Shown here one piece after another: positions 63,001 through 64,000 of a DNA stretch of 64,000 nt. Below the pieces are notes generated by a model. That model saw only the letters and a program-made list of their open reading frames with translations. It ran no database searches and was not told where the DNA came from. The stretch is from Bugula neritina (lineage: Eukaryota > Animalia > Bryozoa), in contig CAXIUT010000230.1 in assembly GCA_964035545.1 (NCBI GenBank), positions 1,550,001-1,614,000 on the forward strand. Direction: 5' to 3'. Made by a program: the position numbers and the translations under genes. Each line of letters starts with the position of its first letter. Position 1 is the stretch's first letter.

Positions 63001-64000
63001 TACTGCAATGTAGTGCAACGTACTGAAATACACTGTAACATAATGAATTACATTGCAACACCTTTAAACATACTGCAACATAATGAAACATACTGCAACA
63101 TACTGAAATATACTGCAACATACTGAAACGTACGCAACATACTGAAATATGCTCTAGCATACTGAAATACACTGCAACACAGTGGAGTATACTGTAATAC
63201 ACTGAAATGTTATGCAACGTACTGAAAAATAATGCAACGCGTTGAATTACACTATAACATACTGAAATGTACCGCAACATACTGAAATGTAGTGTAATAT
63301 ACAGAAATGAACTGTAACATACTGAATTATACTGTAACAAATTGAAACATACTCTAACATACCGAAATAGACTGTAACATACTGAAATATACTGCAACAC
63401 ACTGAAATGTACTGCAACATACTGAAATATGCTGTAGCATATTGAAAGACACTACAACTCACTGAAGTATAGTGTAATATACGGGAATGTACTGCAACAT
63501 GCCGAAATAAACTGCAACATACTGAAATACACTGGAACATATTGATATGCACTGCAACACATTGAAATATACTGCAACACACTGAAACATAAGGCAACAT
63601 AGTGAAATATACTGCGACACATTGGAATATACTGCAACATACTGAAATATGCTGTAGCACACTGAAAAACACTACAACTCACTGAAGTATGGTGTAATAT
63701 ACGGAAAAGTACTGTGACATGCCGAAATATACCGCAACATACTGAAATACACTACAACATACTGCAACATACTGAAATACACTGGAACATATTGAAATAC
63801 ACTGCGACACATTGAATTATACTGCAACATACTGAAGTATACTGTAATACACTGAAATATAATGCAACATACTGAATTATACTGCAACTTAATGCAACAT
63901 ACTGAAATACACTACAACATACTGCAACATACTGAAATACACTGTGATACACTGAAATACACTGCAACATACTGCAATATACTGCAACATACTGAAGTAA
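57080..64000. repeat. Higher-order repeat family 4, second block (spacings 3086 and 3475)
   Basis: Offsets +3086 (57111/60197, 58367/61453) and +3475 (59772/63247, 60197/63672). Confidence 0.82.

Larger units (their letters stand above)
12516..64000. repeat. Satellite array, segment 3 (51.5 kb uninterrupted, continues past the window end)
   Basis: Unbroken 10-bp periodicity in a single orientation; no non-satellite insert seen. Confidence 0.98.

Noticed and set aside
203-63970. Hundreds of minus-strand ORFs (60-368 aa) rich in C, Y, V, S, Q and F, including 45215-46261, 58819-59925 and 62414-63400
   Set aside because: They overlap in all three frames with the same periodic peptide. The repeat period (10/20 bp) is not a multiple of 3, and indels of 1, 10 and 20 bp are tolerated freely, so they are translations of the satellite.
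1-64000. CRISPR array or other prokaryotic repeat-spacer system
   Set aside because: There are no unique spacers between repeats and no cas or other genes; the units are directly adjacent degenerate 10-mers.
1-64000. Telomeric repeat tract
   Set aside because: No G-run telomere motif such as TTAGGG or TTAGG. The heavy monomer divergence and kb-scale HORs are unlike telomerase-made repeats.
1-64000. Whole array as a sequencing or assembly artefact
   Set aside because: HOR copies carry consistent shared and private variants, and a transposon with a clean TSD sits in one of several paralogous sites, which indicates real sequence. Exact copy numbers still need read-level confirmation.
1-64000. 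Assignment to a species, a named satellite, or germline-eliminated DNA
   Set aside because: Nothing in the window identifies the organism or supports these without a database search or germline/soma comparison.

Overview
This window is almost entirely one uninverted tandem satellite array that runs off both ends. It looks like eukaryotic heterochromatin, and no credible protein-coding or RNA gene is present. The basic unit is a 10-bp monomer (ATACT-G[C/A]AA[C/T]) in two mostly alternating variants, giving the 20-bp dimer ACTGCAACAT-ACTGAAATA[T/C]. Diverged monomers are organised into several kb-scale higher-order repeats (HORs) of about 2.9, 2.88, 2.0/2.27 and 3.2 kb. These are themselves reshuffled and re-duplicated at offsets of about 5.4, 8.7, 14.1-14.3, 17.6 and 21.5 kb. 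The only non-satellite DNA is two copies of one non-autonomous DNA transposon. The complete copy is 756 bp (11760-12515), with 24-bp CAC...GTG terminal inverted repeats and a 2-bp AC target-site duplication, which empty paralogous sites in the array confirm; this fits the CACTA/EnSpm (CMC) type. The second is a 316-bp left-end fragment (5302-5617). The hundreds of Cys/Tyr/Val/Ser/Gln-rich ORFs are artefacts of a stop-free minus strand of the repeat. HOR boundaries were estimated by eye from landmark variants and ORF-track offsets and are approximate.
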